A DNA stretch of 64,000 nt from Desulfobacterales bacterium (GCA_024637225.1 JAGXFP010000071.1:48784-112783); one strand, 5' to 3'. Counted from the first letter of the stretch, positions 21,196-34,818 are shown. Numbers and translations are program-made. The notes: generated from the sequence alone by a model not told the origin.

Positions 21196-21621
21196 ATGAT
21201 AACCATTGATTTGACAATGCCTATCCAGATCATCAACATTCTGATCCTCATCGTGATCATGAATATTGTTCTGTACAGGCCGATTCGGACCATTCTCGCC
21301 GAAAGAGAGAAACGGGTAAGGGGCCTCGAAAAGGATGTTGAGGAATTCACCAAGAACGCCAGGCTGCGTCTTGAGGAATTCGATGCCAAGCTTAATGACG
21401 CCCGAAGCCGGGCCAAGGCCGAACTCGATCAGGCCCGGGGCGAAGCGCAGGCCGCCGGCGCCGAGAAATTGGCCGGAATCCGCAAGGAGGTCGATAACCG
21501 CAAGGCCGAAAGCCTCGCCCAGATCCAGGAGCAGATCACCAAGGCTGGTGAAGAGCTTAAGACTCAGGTGGAGGGCTTTGCCTCCGAGATGGCCGCCAAG
21601 GTTTTGGGGAGGGCAGTTTAA
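21196..21621 (+). CDS. atpF: F0F1 ATP synthase subunit b'
   Basis: Single N-terminal TM segment followed by a long charged helix. First of two tandem b-type genes. The ATG at 21196 follows a GGGAGCGG RBS. Confidence 0.8.
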   Translation: MITIDLTMPIQIINILILIVIMNIVLYRPIRTILAEREKRVRGLEKDVEEFTKNARLRLEEFDAKLNDARSRAKAELDQARGEAQAAGAEKLAGIRKEVDNRKAESLAQIQEQITKAGEELKTQVEGFASEMAAKVLGRAV

Positions 21622-22205
21622 TGAAAAAAATCAACGCAAAAATAATTCCGCTTCTCGTGGTCGCGGCTCTGGTTTTATGCACAACTCTGGCCCAGGCCGC
21701 GAGTGGTGAGACCGGAATTCCCAAGGAGAAGTGGATGGATCTGCTCTGGCGGACCCTTAACTTCGCCGCCTTGTTGATCATTCTGGTTTGGGCCCTCAAG
21801 AGACCGCTCGCCAACGCCTTGAACAGCAGGCGCCAGGGAATTATCGAAAAATTCGAGGATTTGGAGGCCCAGAAAAGCGAGGCTGAAAGGATCTATAAGG
21901 AGTATGAGGATAGACTGACCAAGATTGACCAAGAGGTTCAGTCCATCATTGGAAGCGCCGTCCAGCAGGGCGAGGCCGAAAAGGCCAGGATAATCGAGGA
22001 GGCCGGCCGGGCCGCTGAGGATATTCAGCGGCAGGCCGAAATGGCGGTTCAGCACGAACTTGCCGAAGCCAAATTGAGATTGCGCGCCGAGATAGCCGAA
22101 CAGGCGGTGCAGATGGCCGAGAATCTCCTCAAGCAAAATCTTAAGGAAGCCGACCAGACCAAGATGGTTGAAGATTACCTTGAAAAGGTGGGAGCGCTAC
22201 AGTGA
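21621..22205 (+). CDS. atpF: F0F1 ATP synthase subunit b
   Basis: TM segment plus a coiled-coil rich in A/E/K/Q. The stop of b' overlaps this start (TAATG). Confidence 0.85.
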   Translation: MKKINAKIIPLLVVAALVLCTTLAQAASGETGIPKEKWMDLLWRTLNFAALLIILVWALKRPLANALNSRRQGIIEKFEDLEAQKSEAERIYKEYEDRLTKIDQEVQSIIGSAVQQGEAEKARIIEEAGRAAEDIQRQAEMAVQHELAEAKLRLRAEIAEQAVQMAENLLKQNLKEADQTKMVEDYLEKVGALQ

Positions 22206-22747
22206 ATAATACGGTTCTAGCGAAGAGATATGCCAAGGCCCTGTTCCAGGTCGGCAAGGAAGAGAACGCCCTGGACGATTTCAATAAAGCGTTGGCTGAA
22301 ATGGCGAAACTCCATGCGGAGGTTCCCGAAGTCGGCGACGTCCTGACCAACCCGCTTTATCCCCAGGATGTCCGTGAGAAAGTGATGACCCATCTGGTTG
22401 AGGCCCTGCAGGCTCCGACCCTGATGGCTAATTTTTTTAACCTTCTGGTGCAGAAACGGCGGGCCGATGTCCTGCCGGACATCGCCCAGGTCTTTCGGGT
22501 CCTGGTCGACGAAGAGAGGAATATGTGCCGGGGCACGGTGATTTCGGCCGCCGCAATATCCAGCGACCTCAACGACAAGATCAAATCGACCCTGGAAAAG
22601 ATTACCGGCAAGCAGGTTGTGGTTGCCAACGAGGTTGACCCGGCCATCATCGGCGGCATTATCGCCCGGGTCGGCGATCTGGTTCTGGACGGCAGTATCA
22701 AGACGCAATTAAAAGGTTTAGAAGAATCCATAAAAGGGAGTGAGTAG
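22202..22747 (+). CDS. atpH: F0F1 ATP synthase subunit delta
   Basis: OSCP-like N-terminus (LAKRYAKALFQVGKE) and C-terminal IIGGIIARVGDLVLDGSIK. Confidence 0.9.
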   Translation: MNNTVLAKRYAKALFQVGKEENALDDFNKALAEMAKLHAEVPEVGDVLTNPLYPQDVREKVMTHLVEALQAPTLMANFFNLLVQKRRADVLPDIAQVFRVLVDEERNMCRGTVISAAAISSDLNDKIKSTLEKITGKQVVVANEVDPAIIGGIIARVGDLVLDGSIKTQLKGLEESIKGSE

Positions 22748-24274
<1,527 letters not shown>

Positions 24275-24291
24275 CAGGAGGGTGAGCTCTG

Positions 24292-25167
24292 ATGGCCAGT
24301 CTTAAAGATGTTCAGATGAAGATCCAGGGGGTGAAGAAGACCTCCCAGATCACCAAGGCGATGAATATGGTCGCCGCGGCCAAGCTGCGGGGAGCCCAGC
24401 AGCGGATGGAGGATTTCCGTCCCTATGCCGATCAGTTCAACGATGCGATGACCAGCATGTCCGGAAGCATGGAGACCTCGCTTTTCCCGTTAATGGAGGT
24501 GAGGGAAGTTAACTCCGTGGAACTTATTGTCGTTACTTCTGACCGGGGATTGTGCGGCAGCTTCAACGCCCATATCCTCAAAACCGCCGAACGGCAAATG
24601 GCCCGGCTTGAGGAGGAAGGGAAGACGGTTTCCCTGGTCTGTGTTGGCAAGAAGGGCAACGCTTATTTCAAAAAGTTCGGGAAGGTCAGAAAGTCCTATC
24701 CCGATCTTATGGGCACCTTTCAGATGTTTAATGCCCGGGAGATAGTCCAGGATGCCGCTGCTAACTTTCTGGCCGGTGAGACCGACGAAGTGCGGCTCGT
24801 TTTTGGCGAGTATATCAGTGTCGCCGCGCAGCGTCCGGCCGTAAAGGCGCTGTTGCCGATTCAGCCCCTGGCAGGCGACGAAGCGGCAGCCGAGGTCGCC
24901 GAAGGCGGGGACTTTATCTACGAGCCAAGCCCCACCGAGATTATGGACGTGCTTCTTCCCCTTTATCTCAATGTCATGCTTTATCGGGTCATGCTGGAAG
25001 TCTCGGCCAGTGAGCACGCCGCCAGGATGAGCGCGATGGATAATGCAACCAATGCCTGTGCCGATATAATCAGCAGCCTTACCCTGATTTACAACAAGGC
25101 CAGGCAGGCCGGGATTACGGCCGAGTTGATGGATATTGTCGGCGGAGCGGAGGCCCTTAAGGGATGA
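24292..25167 (+). CDS. atpG: F0F1 ATP synthase subunit gamma
   Basis: ITKAMNMVAAAKLR at the N-terminus and ITAELMDIVGGAEAL at the C-terminus. Confidence 0.95.
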   Translation: MASLKDVQMKIQGVKKTSQITKAMNMVAAAKLRGAQQRMEDFRPYADQFNDAMTSMSGSMETSLFPLMEVREVNSVELIVVTSDRGLCGSFNAHILKTAERQMARLEEEGKTVSLVCVGKKGNAYFKKFGKVRKSYPDLMGTFQMFNAREIVQDAAANFLAGETDEVRLVFGEYISVAAQRPAVKALLPIQPLAGDEAAAEVAEGGDFIYEPSPTEIMDVLLPLYLNVMLYRVMLEVSASEHAARMSAMDNATNACADIISSLTLIYNKARQAGITAELMDIVGGAEALKG

Positions 25168-25266
25168 CGAATTCCCCAAATTCGGGATGAGTCAAGCAGA
25201 ATAATTTTCAGGTGCCGGCCGCTTGCAGGTGAACCTGGATCAGCAAATAAAGCTTAGGAGGCTTGA

Positions 25267-26691
<1,425 letters not shown>

Positions 26692-26774
26692 TCCGGCAAT
26701 AAACCGTATCCGGTAGTCCGCCCCGCATCCGGCGGCGGACGGCCGGCGTAAATATCCAGTGAAGAGGCTGATTG

Positions 26775-27194
26775 ATGGCTGAGACCATAAAACTTGAAGT
26801 TGTAACTCCCCGTGGAGCCGTGTTGAGTGAGAATGTCGATATTGTGACCGCTCCCGGTTATGGCGGCGAGTTTGGCGTTCTAGCAAATCACGCGCCCCTC
26901 TTGAGTACGATCAAGATCGGGGTAATGTCCTACAAGAAAAGCGGCAAAGACCAGCAGCTGATGATCAGCGGCGGCTTCTGCAAGGTGGCCGATAACCGGA
27001 TCACTTTTCTGGTCGAGTCCGCCGAATTCGGGGGCGATATCGATGTCGATCGGGCCATGCGTGCCAAAGAGCGGGCCGAGAAAAGACTTGCCGAGGCCCT
27101 ACGCAAGGCCGAGCACCTCAATCAGGCCAGGGCCGAAGCCGCCCTGCAACGCTCCCTTGCTCGTCTTAGGGCGGCCGGGCACGAACCGTCCTAG
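26775..27194 (+). CDS. atpC: F0F1 ATP synthase subunit epsilon
   Basis: [10 protein letters not shown]..., [14 protein letters not shown], and a C-terminal helical hairpin. Confidence 0.95.
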   Translation: MAETIKLEVVTPRGAVLSENVDIVTAPGYGGEFGVLANHAPLLSTIKIGVMSYKKSGKDQQLMISGGFCKVADNRITFLVESAEFGGDIDVDRAMRAKERAEKRLAEALRKAEHLNQARAEAALQRSLARLRAAGHEPS

Positions 27195-27217
27195 AATTTT
27201 CAGTATAGTTTTTATCG

Positions 27218-27249
27218 AAAAGCCGCACTTTATGTGCGGCTTTTTTTTG
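27218..27249 (+). terminator. rho-independent terminator of the atp operon
   Basis: AAAGCCGCAC-TTTA-TGTGCGGC followed by TTTTTTTT. Confidence 0.85.
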
Positions 27250-27611
27250 CTTGCTTTTCGCTGGGCTCGGCCGGGTCTCGCGAAGGCGGCGAAATAGCGG
27301 GTTGAAAAAACCCGTTAAGGTATTAATATTAGGTGAATAAGTATCGTTTGCCGCCATCCGGGAATTTGGCAATTTTCAAAACCGGACGATGGACGACCAC
27401 GGTTTTGAGGCAAGAGGGCGACAATGTGTTGATCATCCCGAAGGCAGGTCAACCGGGCGGCCGTCTCGACGGATTCGCTCCCGTTAGCTGTCAAGATTTC
27501 AGGAATATATTTACTGGTCTTTAACCCTAGTTAATCCCATACGAATTCAACTGATTCAGATCAGTTATTTTTTTCTGTTTATTTCAATTATTTGATCGGA
27601 GGCTAAGCCAG

Positions 27612-29015
27612 ATGGACGCAAAAGAACGGATGTCGATTCCCAGACAGAAGGTGTGGGAACTTGCACCTGAGGAACGGGTGACTAATTTCAGCGAGGTGGT
27701 CTTCGGTTTCGACGAAGAGACCGCGATCCGCGAGGCCGAACGCTGCCTGCAATGCAAGAAGCCGAAATGCCGGGAAGGCTGCCCGATTCACAATGATATT
27801 CCGCGGTTTATCAGGCTGCTTCGCGAAGGCAGGATCGAAGAAGGTTACTGGGCCGATCGCGAAACCAATTCCCTGCCGGCAATCTGCTCCCGGGTCTGTC
27901 CCCATGAGTTTCAGTGTGAAGGTTTTTGTATCAGGGGCAAGAAGGGCGAGCCGGTCGCGATCGGTATGCTGGAGCGCTATCTGGTTGACTGGATGGTGGC
28001 TAACGGCAAGAATCTGGTCAAGCCCTGCGCCATGCCCAAGGAGGAAAAGGTGGCCATCGTCGGTTCCGGTCCGGCCGGAATGACCGTGGCCAATCTCATG
28101 GCCCATGCCGGCTATCGTTGCACGATTTTCGAGAGTCTGCCGGTAGTGGGCGGGATGCTCGGGGTCGGCATTCCCGCTTATCGCCTGCCCAGAGCGATAA
28201 TCGCCGCCGAATTCGACTCCCTGAAAAGCTGCGGGGTTGATGTGGTGACCAATCTGACGATCGGCAGTGACAAGACCCTCTCCCAGCTCCGCGCCGAGGG
28301 TTATGATGCCGTGTTCGTCGGGGTCGGCGCCCATGCCAGCCGCAAGCTCGGCGTCGAGGGCGAAGAGCTGGAAGGGGTCGTGCACGGGGTCGATTACCTC
28401 AGGAGAATCAATCTCGGCGAAGAGATGAACCTCGGCCGCAATGTCGTAGTGGTGGGCGGCGGCAACGTGGCCATCGACTGCGCCAGGACAGCCCTGCGGA
28501 CCGGATCCGATAAGGTGTTCATCCTATATCGCCGCGGCAAGGGAGAGATGCCGGCCTCCAGGGCCGAGATCCATCATCTCGAAGAGGAGGGCGTCAAGGT
28601 CGAGACCCTGGCGGCGCCGGTCAAGATCCACGGTGATAACTGCAGGCTTAATAAAATAGAATGTATCCGGATGGAGCTTGGCGAATGCGATGCCTCCGGG
28701 CGCTGCCGGCCGGTGCCGATCGAGGGTTCGAACTTCATGATCGAGGCCGATGCGATCGTGCCGGCGATCAGCCAGTCCGTCGATCTCGGCGCTATCGACG
28801 GGGTAGAGCTGAAGCTGTCGCGCTGGAACACCATTGAGGTCGATGAGCTGACCATGCAGAGTTCGGTTGACTGGCTGTTTGCCGGTGGCGACGCGGTGCT
28901 TGGTCCCGAAACGGCCGCCAAGGCGATTTATCAGGCCAAGGAGGCGGCGGAATCGATGATCAGAATGTTCGAGGACCGGGATCTTAAGGAGGGCCGGGAG
29001 CCGGAGAGCTTTTAA
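27612..29015 (+). CDS. GltD-like NAD(P)H-dependent oxidoreductase (glutamate synthase small-subunit family)
   Basis: N-terminal Fe-S motif CLQCKKPKCREGCP..., FAD site VAIVGSGPAGMTVA, second dinucleotide site VVVGGGNVAIDCA. The physiological partner is not inferable from this window. Confidence 0.85.
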   Translation: MDAKERMSIPRQKVWELAPEERVTNFSEVVFGFDEETAIREAERCLQCKKPKCREGCPIHNDIPRFIRLLREGRIEEGYWADRETNSLPAICSRVCPHEFQCEGFCIRGKKGEPVAIGMLERYLVDWMVANGKNLVKPCAMPKEEKVAIVGSGPAGMTVANLMAHAGYRCTIFESLPVVGGMLGVGIPAYRLPRAIIAAEFDSLKSCGVDVVTNLTIGSDKTLSQLRAEGYDAVFVGVGAHASRKLGVEGEELEGVVHGVDYLRRINLGEEMNLGRNVVVVGGGNVAIDCARTALRTGSDKVFILYRRGKGEMPASRAEIHHLEEEGVKVETLAAPVKIHGDNCRLNKIECIRMELGECDASGRCRPVPIEGSNFMIEADAIVPAISQSVDLGAIDGVELKLSRWNTIEVDELTMQSSVDWLFAGGDAVLGPETAAKAIYQAKEAAESMIRMFEDRDLKEGREPESF

Positions 29016-29046
29016 GGAAAGAGGAGATCTTCAGATCTTAAAAAAA

Positions 29047-29080
29047 AGCCGGTTCCCCATTGCGGGGCCGGCTTTTTTTT
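29047..29080. terminator. bidirectional rho-independent terminator between convergent genes
   Basis: AAAAAAA-GCCGGTTCCCC-ATTG-CGGGGCCGGC-TTTTTTTT. The A-run and T-run flank the hairpin. Confidence 0.8.
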
Positions 29081-29180
29081 ACCTGAATTCGGGGCACCTT
29101 TGAGAATGTTCGGATGCCTCAAGGAAGTATCCCCCGCTTTATAAAGGCAAACCGCCCAATCGCCGCTCCCGGTTCAGTGT

Positions 29181-30959
29181 TTACCTGATATCCATGGAGG
29201 CTAGATTCATTTCATTGACGTAGCTGGAGATCCCGCCGACCATCTGCTCCGCAACCCCGCTGATGTAATCATCCGATTGCAGCCAGCGCGCTTCGGTGGG
29301 GTTGCTGATAAAGGCGATCTCGGTGAGGATCGCCGGCATCTGGGCTCCGACCAGAACGATGAACGGGGCCTGTTTGACTCCGAGATTCCGGGCGGGATAG
29401 CGGGGGAAGAGGCCGTTGACCATGTTGTCCTGGACATATTCCGCCAGTTTGATCGATTCGCTTTTCTTGCTGTTCTGGATGAGGTCCAGGAGGATATTCT
29501 GCAGATCGCTGATCCGGCTGGTCGAGGTGGAGTTCTCCCGGGCGGCGAGTTCCATGGCTTTCTGGTTGCGGGCCAGATCGAGGATATAGGTCTCGACTCC
29601 TCTGGCCTGGGGGGTGGGAGCCGCGTTGACGTGGATGGAGATAAATAGATCGGCTTCCCTGCTGTTGGCAATGGCGGTACGTTCTTCCAGGGGGACGAAA
29701 ATGTCGCGGTCCCGGGTCAGGATTACTTCGCAACCCAGCTCTTTTTCCAATTTACGGGCAAGTTGCAGGGCGATTTTCAAGACAATATCCTTTTCCATAA
29801 GACCGTTTTTGCCGCAGGCGCCCGGATCCTTGCCGCCGTGACCCGGGTCGAGGACAATCCGCTTAATGCCGAGGCCGAGTTGCCGGGCCAGAGAAGGCGG
29901 GTAGCTGACTTTAGTAGAGGCAGGGCCGTCTATCGCAATTTTTGCGCTGGCCAGGAGCGGCGCCGCCTGGTCCGGGTCTTTGTCGTCTTTTTGCTGGCCT
30001 TTGAGATCAATGACGATCCGGAAAGGGTCTTCCAGATTAAATATCTTGTAATCGGACAGGGTTTGGGTGTCGAGAACCACCCTGGTCGTATTAGGCAGGT
30101 GCTGGCCGCTCCTTACCCGTTTGAGCAGGCCGTCGTTAATCGGAATCGGCGCCTGCAGTTCCGGGGCGATCCGGCAGTTTTCCAGATCGATATAGAGCCG
30201 GCGGGGCTTGTCCCCAATTTTTTTAAGGAGATTTTCCTGGTACTTGACCGGCGTGGTGGTCTCGATCACCACCCTGGTATAGTTGTCGTTTGACCAGTGG
30301 CGCAAGGGCATCAGGAAGGCTGTCTGCCCGGTGCTCTTTCCCTCCTCCGCTTGTGATTCGATCGAATTTTTCTTGACCCCGGTCAGGAGAACCGTTCCGG
30401 CCGGGGTGTTGCCGGCGGAGATTTTTTGCAGGGCGGTGGTGGCGGCCGGCACCATGTCGCCGTCCGGATAGATTCTCAATAACCTTTGCAGATATCTGGC
30501 ACTCTTTTCAGGATCTTGCCTTTCCTTGAGATAGATATCGGCAATGGCCAGCAGAGCATCGTCGCCCAAGCGGTTTTTCGGGTAGAGGGAGACAATGTCC
30601 TCGTAGTAGGCGATCGATTCGTTCAAATCCATCGAATTATTGAAGCGGCCGTACATCTCGCGATAGAGACGGGCCATCAGGAAAAGAGAAGAGGGGGCCA
30701 GGCGGTGGGCCTGATTGGTCCGGTAGATCTCCCGGAATTTCCTGACCGCGGTGAACCAGTTGCCTTTATCGGAGGCCATGCCGGGGTCGCTGCTCAGTTT
30801 CCGGCTGTACTCCTTGGCCTGGGCGTAACGGGCGGCCGGATCGGCCTGGTTGGCGGCGGCCTGGCCCGACAGGGGCGCCAGTAACAGGCTGAGTGCGAGC
30901 AGGCCGGCAAATATGACTGTCAGAGAATATATATTGTTTTGGCGAACAAAACTCATCAT
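29181..30959 (-). CDS. N-acetylmuramoyl-L-alanine amidase (AmiC-like) with signal peptide, TPR-like N-terminal region and AMIN-like domain
   Basis: Amidase_3 motifs VLDPGHGGKDPGA and SIHVNA. N-terminal hydrophobic signal LLALSLLLAPLSGQAAA. Confidence 0.9.
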   Translation of the reverse strand: MMSFVRQNNIYSLTVIFAGLLALSLLLAPLSGQAAANQADPAARYAQAKEYSRKLSSDPGMASDKGNWFTAVRKFREIYRTNQAHRLAPSSLFLMARLYREMYGRFNNSMDLNESIAYYEDIVSLYPKNRLGDDALLAIADIYLKERQDPEKSARYLQRLLRIYPDGDMVPAATTALQKISAGNTPAGTVLLTGVKKNSIESQAEEGKSTGQTAFLMPLRHWSNDNYTRVVIETTTPVKYQENLLKKIGDKPRRLYIDLENCRIAPELQAPIPINDGLLKRVRSGQHLPNTTRVVLDTQTLSDYKIFNLEDPFRIVIDLKGQQKDDKDPDQAAPLLASAKIAIDGPASTKVSYPPSLARQLGLGIKRIVLDPGHGGKDPGACGKNGLMEKDIVLKIALQLARKLEKELGCEVILTRDRDIFVPLEERTAIANSREADLFISIHVNAAPTPQARGVETYILDLARNQKAMELAARENSTSTSRISDLQNILLDLIQNSKKSESIKLAEYVQDNMVNGLFPRYPARNLGVKQAPFIVLVGAQMPAILTEIAFISNPTEARWLQSDDYISGVAEQMVGGISSYVNEMNLASMDIR

Positions 30960-30991
30960 TACCTTACCTTTCTTTCAGCCGGTATAGCCGA

Positions 30992-33616
30992 TCAATCGCT
31001 TTCGTTCAACTCTTTTAACTCATAAAGGGCGGCCAGGGCATCGCGCGGGCTCAGGCTGTCCGGCTGCAATCGATCAAGGTGGCGCCGCACGGGGTGAGGC
31101 TCTGGGTTGAACAGGCCGAGCTGGTTGGGCTGGGGAAGTTCGATCGAGCCCTTGCCGGCGATGCGCGGTTCGCCGCGTTGATTAAGCTCGCCCTTTTCAA
31201 TATTGCGGAGGATATCCTTGGCCCTGGCTACCACCTGGGGGGGCACCCCGGCCAGGGCCGCTACCTGGATGCCGTAGCTGCGGTTGGTGCCGCCGGGCAG
31301 CAGCTTGTGGAGGAAGACAATGGAATCGTTCCATTCCCGCACGGCGATATTGAAATTGTTGATTCGCGGATTGGTCAAGGCGAGATCGGTGAGCTCGTGG
31401 TAATGGGTGGCGAAAATGGTCTTGACCCCCTTGCCGTTTTTGTTGACCAGATCCTCGGTTACCGCCCAGGCGATGGCGAGGCCGTCGAAGGTGCTGGTGC
31501 CGCGGCCGATTTCGTCGAGGATCACCAGGCTGTGCTCAGTGGCGTTGTTGAGAATATTGGCGGTCTCGTTCATCTCGACCATGAAGGTCGACTGGGCCTT
31601 GCGCAGGTCGTCCATGGCTCCGACCCGGGTGAAAATCCGGTCGACCACTCCGATCCGGGCCTCGGCGGCGGGTACCATCCCGCCCATCTGGGCCATCAGG
31701 ACGATCAGGGCGGTCTGCCGGAGCACCGTCGATTTGCCGGCCATGTTCGGCCCGGTGATGATCAGAACCTCGTTGGCGGTCTGGTCGAGTTTGATGTCGT
31801 TCGGCACGAAACGGCCGGCCGGCAGGGCCTGCTCGATTACGGGGTGGCGCCCTTCGATTATCTCGATCTCATCCGAGTCATCGACCGTGGGCCGGACATA
31901 ATGATGCCGGCGGGCCACCTCGGCGAGGCAGCAGAAAAAATCAAGTTCCGCCACGAAAGAGGCGGCCCGGAGGATTCTGGAGCTTTGCCCGGCAACCTCG
32001 GCCCGGATCGCGGTGAACAGCCGGTATTCGAGATCGAGGCGTTTGTCCTGGGCGGTGAGCACTTTCTCCTCGAATTCCTTGAGCTCCGGGGTGATGAAGC
32101 GTTCGGCGTTGACCAGGGTCTGTTTGCGGATGTAGTAGTCCGGAACCTCGGCCTGTCTCGCCTTGCTTACTTCGAGATAGTAGCCGAACACCTTGTTGAA
32201 GCCGATCTTCAGCTTGGCGATTCCGGTTTTCTCCTTTTCCCGGCTTTCCAGGGCGAGGATAAGTTCCTTGCCCCGGGTCAGGATGGTGATCAGCTCGTCC
32301 AGTTCGCTGTTGTAGCCTTCTTTGATCAAGCCGCCTTCCCGGAGGGTTACCGGGGTGTCTTCCCTGATCCCTTTATCAAGCAGAGCCCGGATATCGGCGA
32401 GCTCATCGAGTTCGACGCATTTTTCCGGAATAATTCCGGCGGTTTCGGCGGTTTTTCGCAAAGCGGGCAGCTGGTGCAGGGAATGCTTGAGGGCATTAAG
32501 GTCGCGGCCGTTGCCGCTGCCGAGGACGATCCTGCTGTTCAAGCGCTCCAGATCATAGACCTTTGCCAGCAGTTCGCGCAGTTCTTCGCAGTAACCGGGG
32601 TTGCGGAGCAGTTGCTCGATGGTGTCGAGCCGCCGGTTGATGATAGCAACGTTTCGCAGGGGAAAAAGGAGATTGCGCCTTAACAGACGGGCGCCCATCG
32701 GGGTGCGGGTCCGGTCCAGACAGTGGAGCAGGGAACCCTCCCGGTCGGCGCCGATCAGGGTCTGGGTCAGCTCCAGGTTGCGCCGGGACGAGTCGTCGAT
32801 CATCAGTACATCATCGATAAAGAGCGGCGCCAGCCGTTCAATATGGTCGAGTCCGGTTTTCTGGGTTTCGATCAGGTACTGGAGCAGCCCCCCCGCCGCG
32901 GTCAGTCCGGCGGTCATCTGGTCGCAGCCGAAACCGGCCAGATTGGCGGTTTGGAAATGTTCAAGCAATATTTCCCGGCAAGTCTCGGTCTGGAAAAAAC
33001 CTTCCGGCCGCCGGGTTATGCAGATGGAGGGGAACAGAGCCAGGCTGTCGGGCAGTTCGGCCTGGTCAACCGGTTCGAGCAGGAGCTCGGAGGGCATCAT
33101 CCGGTTGAGTTCGTCGATCAGCTCCTCGCCTTCTTCCCGCTCGGTAACCAGAAATTCGCCGGTCGACAGATCCAGAAAGCTTGCCCCCCATACCTTGCGG
33201 ACCCGGCAGACGGCGGCAAGGTAGCGGTTGCTCTTGTCGTCCAGAACCTGTTCTTCGGTGACCAGACCGGGGGTGACCACCCGCACCACCTCCCGTTTGA
33301 CCACGCCGCTGGCCTGCTTCGGGTCTTCGACTTGTTCACAGATGGCCACCCGATGTCCGGCCTCGACCAGCCTGGCCAGATAGGAGGCGGCGGCATGGTA
33401 AGGCACGCCGCACAAAGGAATCCGCTCTTCCTCCTTGTCCTTGTTGTTGCGGGAAGTGAGAGTGATGCCCAGCACCTTCGAGGCGATCCTGGCGTCTTCG
33501 AAAAACATTTCGTAGAAGTCGCCCAGCCGGTAGAAGAGGATGGCGTCCTGGTGTTCCGCCTTGATGGCCAGATACTGCTTGAGCATCGGAGTTATTTTTT
33601 TGGGCGATTCGGTCAT
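30992..33616 (-). CDS. mutS: DNA mismatch repair protein MutS
   Basis: TPMLKQYL..K, Walker A GPNMAGKSTVLRQ, TFMVEMNETANIL, DEIGRGTSTFDG. The start MTESPKK at 33616 is preferred to the track start at 33679. Confidence 0.97.
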   Translation of the reverse strand: MTESPKKITPMLKQYLAIKAEHQDAILFYRLGDFYEMFFEDARIASKVLGITLTSRNNKDKEEERIPLCGVPYHAAASYLARLVEAGHRVAICEQVEDPKQASGVVKREVVRVVTPGLVTEEQVLDDKSNRYLAAVCRVRKVWGASFLDLSTGEFLVTEREEGEELIDELNRMMPSELLLEPVDQAELPDSLALFPSICITRRPEGFFQTETCREILLEHFQTANLAGFGCDQMTAGLTAAGGLLQYLIETQKTGLDHIERLAPLFIDDVLMIDDSSRRNLELTQTLIGADREGSLLHCLDRTRTPMGARLLRRNLLFPLRNVAIINRRLDTIEQLLRNPGYCEELRELLAKVYDLERLNSRIVLGSGNGRDLNALKHSLHQLPALRKTAETAGIIPEKCVELDELADIRALLDKGIREDTPVTLREGGLIKEGYNSELDELITILTRGKELILALESREKEKTGIAKLKIGFNKVFGYYLEVSKARQAEVPDYYIRKQTLVNAERFITPELKEFEEKVLTAQDKRLDLEYRLFTAIRAEVAGQSSRILRAASFVAELDFFCCLAEVARRHHYVRPTVDDSDEIEIIEGRHPVIEQALPAGRFVPNDIKLDQTANEVLIITGPNMAGKSTVLRQTALIVLMAQMGGMVPAAEARIGVVDRIFTRVGAMDDLRKAQSTFMVEMNETANILNNATEHSLVILDEIGRGTSTFDGLAIAWAVTEDLVNKNGKGVKTIFATHYHELTDLALTNPRINNFNIAVREWNDSIVFLHKLLPGGTNRSYGIQVAALAGVPPQVVARAKDILRNIEKGELNQRGEPRIAGKGSIELPQPNQLGLFNPEPHPVRRHLDRLQPDSLSPRDALAALYELKELNESD

Positions 33617-34134
33617 GGTCGGCAGGCGCTTGACGGTTCGGGTTCGGTCAGAACCTGGAAGTCGTCGAGCAAGCGGCAAAAGGTATGGTCAAGCTCTTCG
33701 GGGATCAGACGAATCCCGGCGACGGTGGTCATGAAATTGTGATCGCCGTCCCATCTGGGGACGATGTGAAAGTGCAGATGGTCGGCCAAGCCGGCTCCGG
33801 CGGTTTCGCCCTGGTTGAGGCCGATATTGAAACCGTCCGGTTTAAGGTGTTTTTTAAGGATCGCGGTGCTTTTTCTGAGCATGTCCATCAGCCGGTGGGC
33901 CTCGATGTCGTTGAGTTCGGCCAGACCGGCGAGATGGCGGGCCGGGGCCACCAGCAGATGGCCGTTGGCGTAGGGGAAACGGTTGAGCAGCACCAGGGAG
34001 TGCTGGTCCCGGTACAGAATCAGTTTTTCCCGGTCGAACAAGCAGTTGCCGGTTATGTCGAAAATGCAGGCCGGCTCCCGGGCTTCATGGCCGAGAATAT
34101 ACGACATCCGCCACGGCGTCCAGAGGTTCTTCAT
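33613..34134 (-). CDS. HIT-family nucleotide hydrolase/transferase
   Basis: Histidine triad HLHFHIVPRW. It overlaps the mutS start region, so an operon is likely. Confidence 0.85.
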   Translation of the reverse strand: MKNLWTPWRMSYILGHEAREPACIFDITGNCLFDREKLILYRDQHSLVLLNRFPYANGHLLVAPARHLAGLAELNDIEAHRLMDMLRKSTAILKKHLKPDGFNIGLNQGETAGAGLADHLHFHIVPRWDGDHNFMTTVAGIRLIPEELDHTFCRLLDDFQVLTEPEPSSACRP

Positions 34135-34634
34135 CGGACCTCCGGAATCGGCATGATCCGGCCGCTCAGTTGGTCGCCGGTTTCGAGAATCGCGTAGGTG
34201 CCCGGGCTTCCGAAGCGGCCGGTCGACCTGAAACTGCCTGGGTTGATGAAAAGGACATGGCCGAGCCGATGGCAGACCGCCTTATGGGTGTGGCCGTAGA
34301 CGATGCAGTCGGCCTCGGCGAACTGGCTGAATAAACGGTCTTCAAGGTCGTGATAACCGAAGTTGTGGCCATGGGTGAGGATTATCCTGAAACCGTCGAT
34401 GCTGATCTCGCGCAGGGACGGCAGGCGCTGCCGCGAGGAATGGTCGCACATGTTGCCGTGGACCCCATGCACCTCCTTGCCCCGAAAAACATCGAGAATG
34501 GAAGCACTAGTCAGGTCGCCGGCATGGAAAATTATCGGGATCCCGGCGAAGCACGCCTCTACCTCTTTCGTGAAGCGCTCGGTCGGGCGGCTGAGATGGG
34601 TGTCGGAAAGGATGCCGATCCTGGTTGATGCCAT
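34131..34634 (-). CDS. YfcE/MJ0936-type metallophosphoesterase
   Basis: ILSDTHL, HAGD, LTHGH and GHTH metal-ligand motifs. ATGA-type overlap with the HIT gene. Confidence 0.85.
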   Translation of the reverse strand: MASTRIGILSDTHLSRPTERFTKEVEACFAGIPIIFHAGDLTSASILDVFRGKEVHGVHGNMCDHSSRQRLPSLREISIDGFRIILTHGHNFGYHDLEDRLFSQFAEADCIVYGHTHKAVCHRLGHVLFINPGSFRSTGRFGSPGTYAILETGDQLSGRIMPIPEVR

Positions 34635-34759
34635 TAGATTTTTTCACGGTTTAAGATAGAGGTTACGGTTAAAGAATAACTAATCAAGATTCAAAAAAAA
34701 ATCAATGGGGTCGGAGGCTTAGCCCGGAAATTTGGGCCGATCACGGCGGGAAGATCGGA

Positions 34760-34816
34760 GATGGCGGCGCAAAAAGTCGCGGGCTCCGGCGTTTGCGGCA
34801 AATTGTCTCGTCATTT
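34760..34816 (+). repeat. half-copy of the 127-bp MITE
   Basis: GATGGCGGCGCAAAAAGTCGCGGGCTCCGGCGTTTGCGGCAAATTGTCTCGTCATT matches the left half of copy A. It ends 2 nt before the yggU-like stop codon. Confidence 0.75.
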
Positions 34817-34818
34817 AA

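Noticed and set aside
27333-27524. 63-aa ORF in the atpC to gltD-like intergenic region
   Set aside because: No RBS, no recognisable motif and atypical composition. The region more likely holds the promoter or leader of the downstream oxidoreductase.
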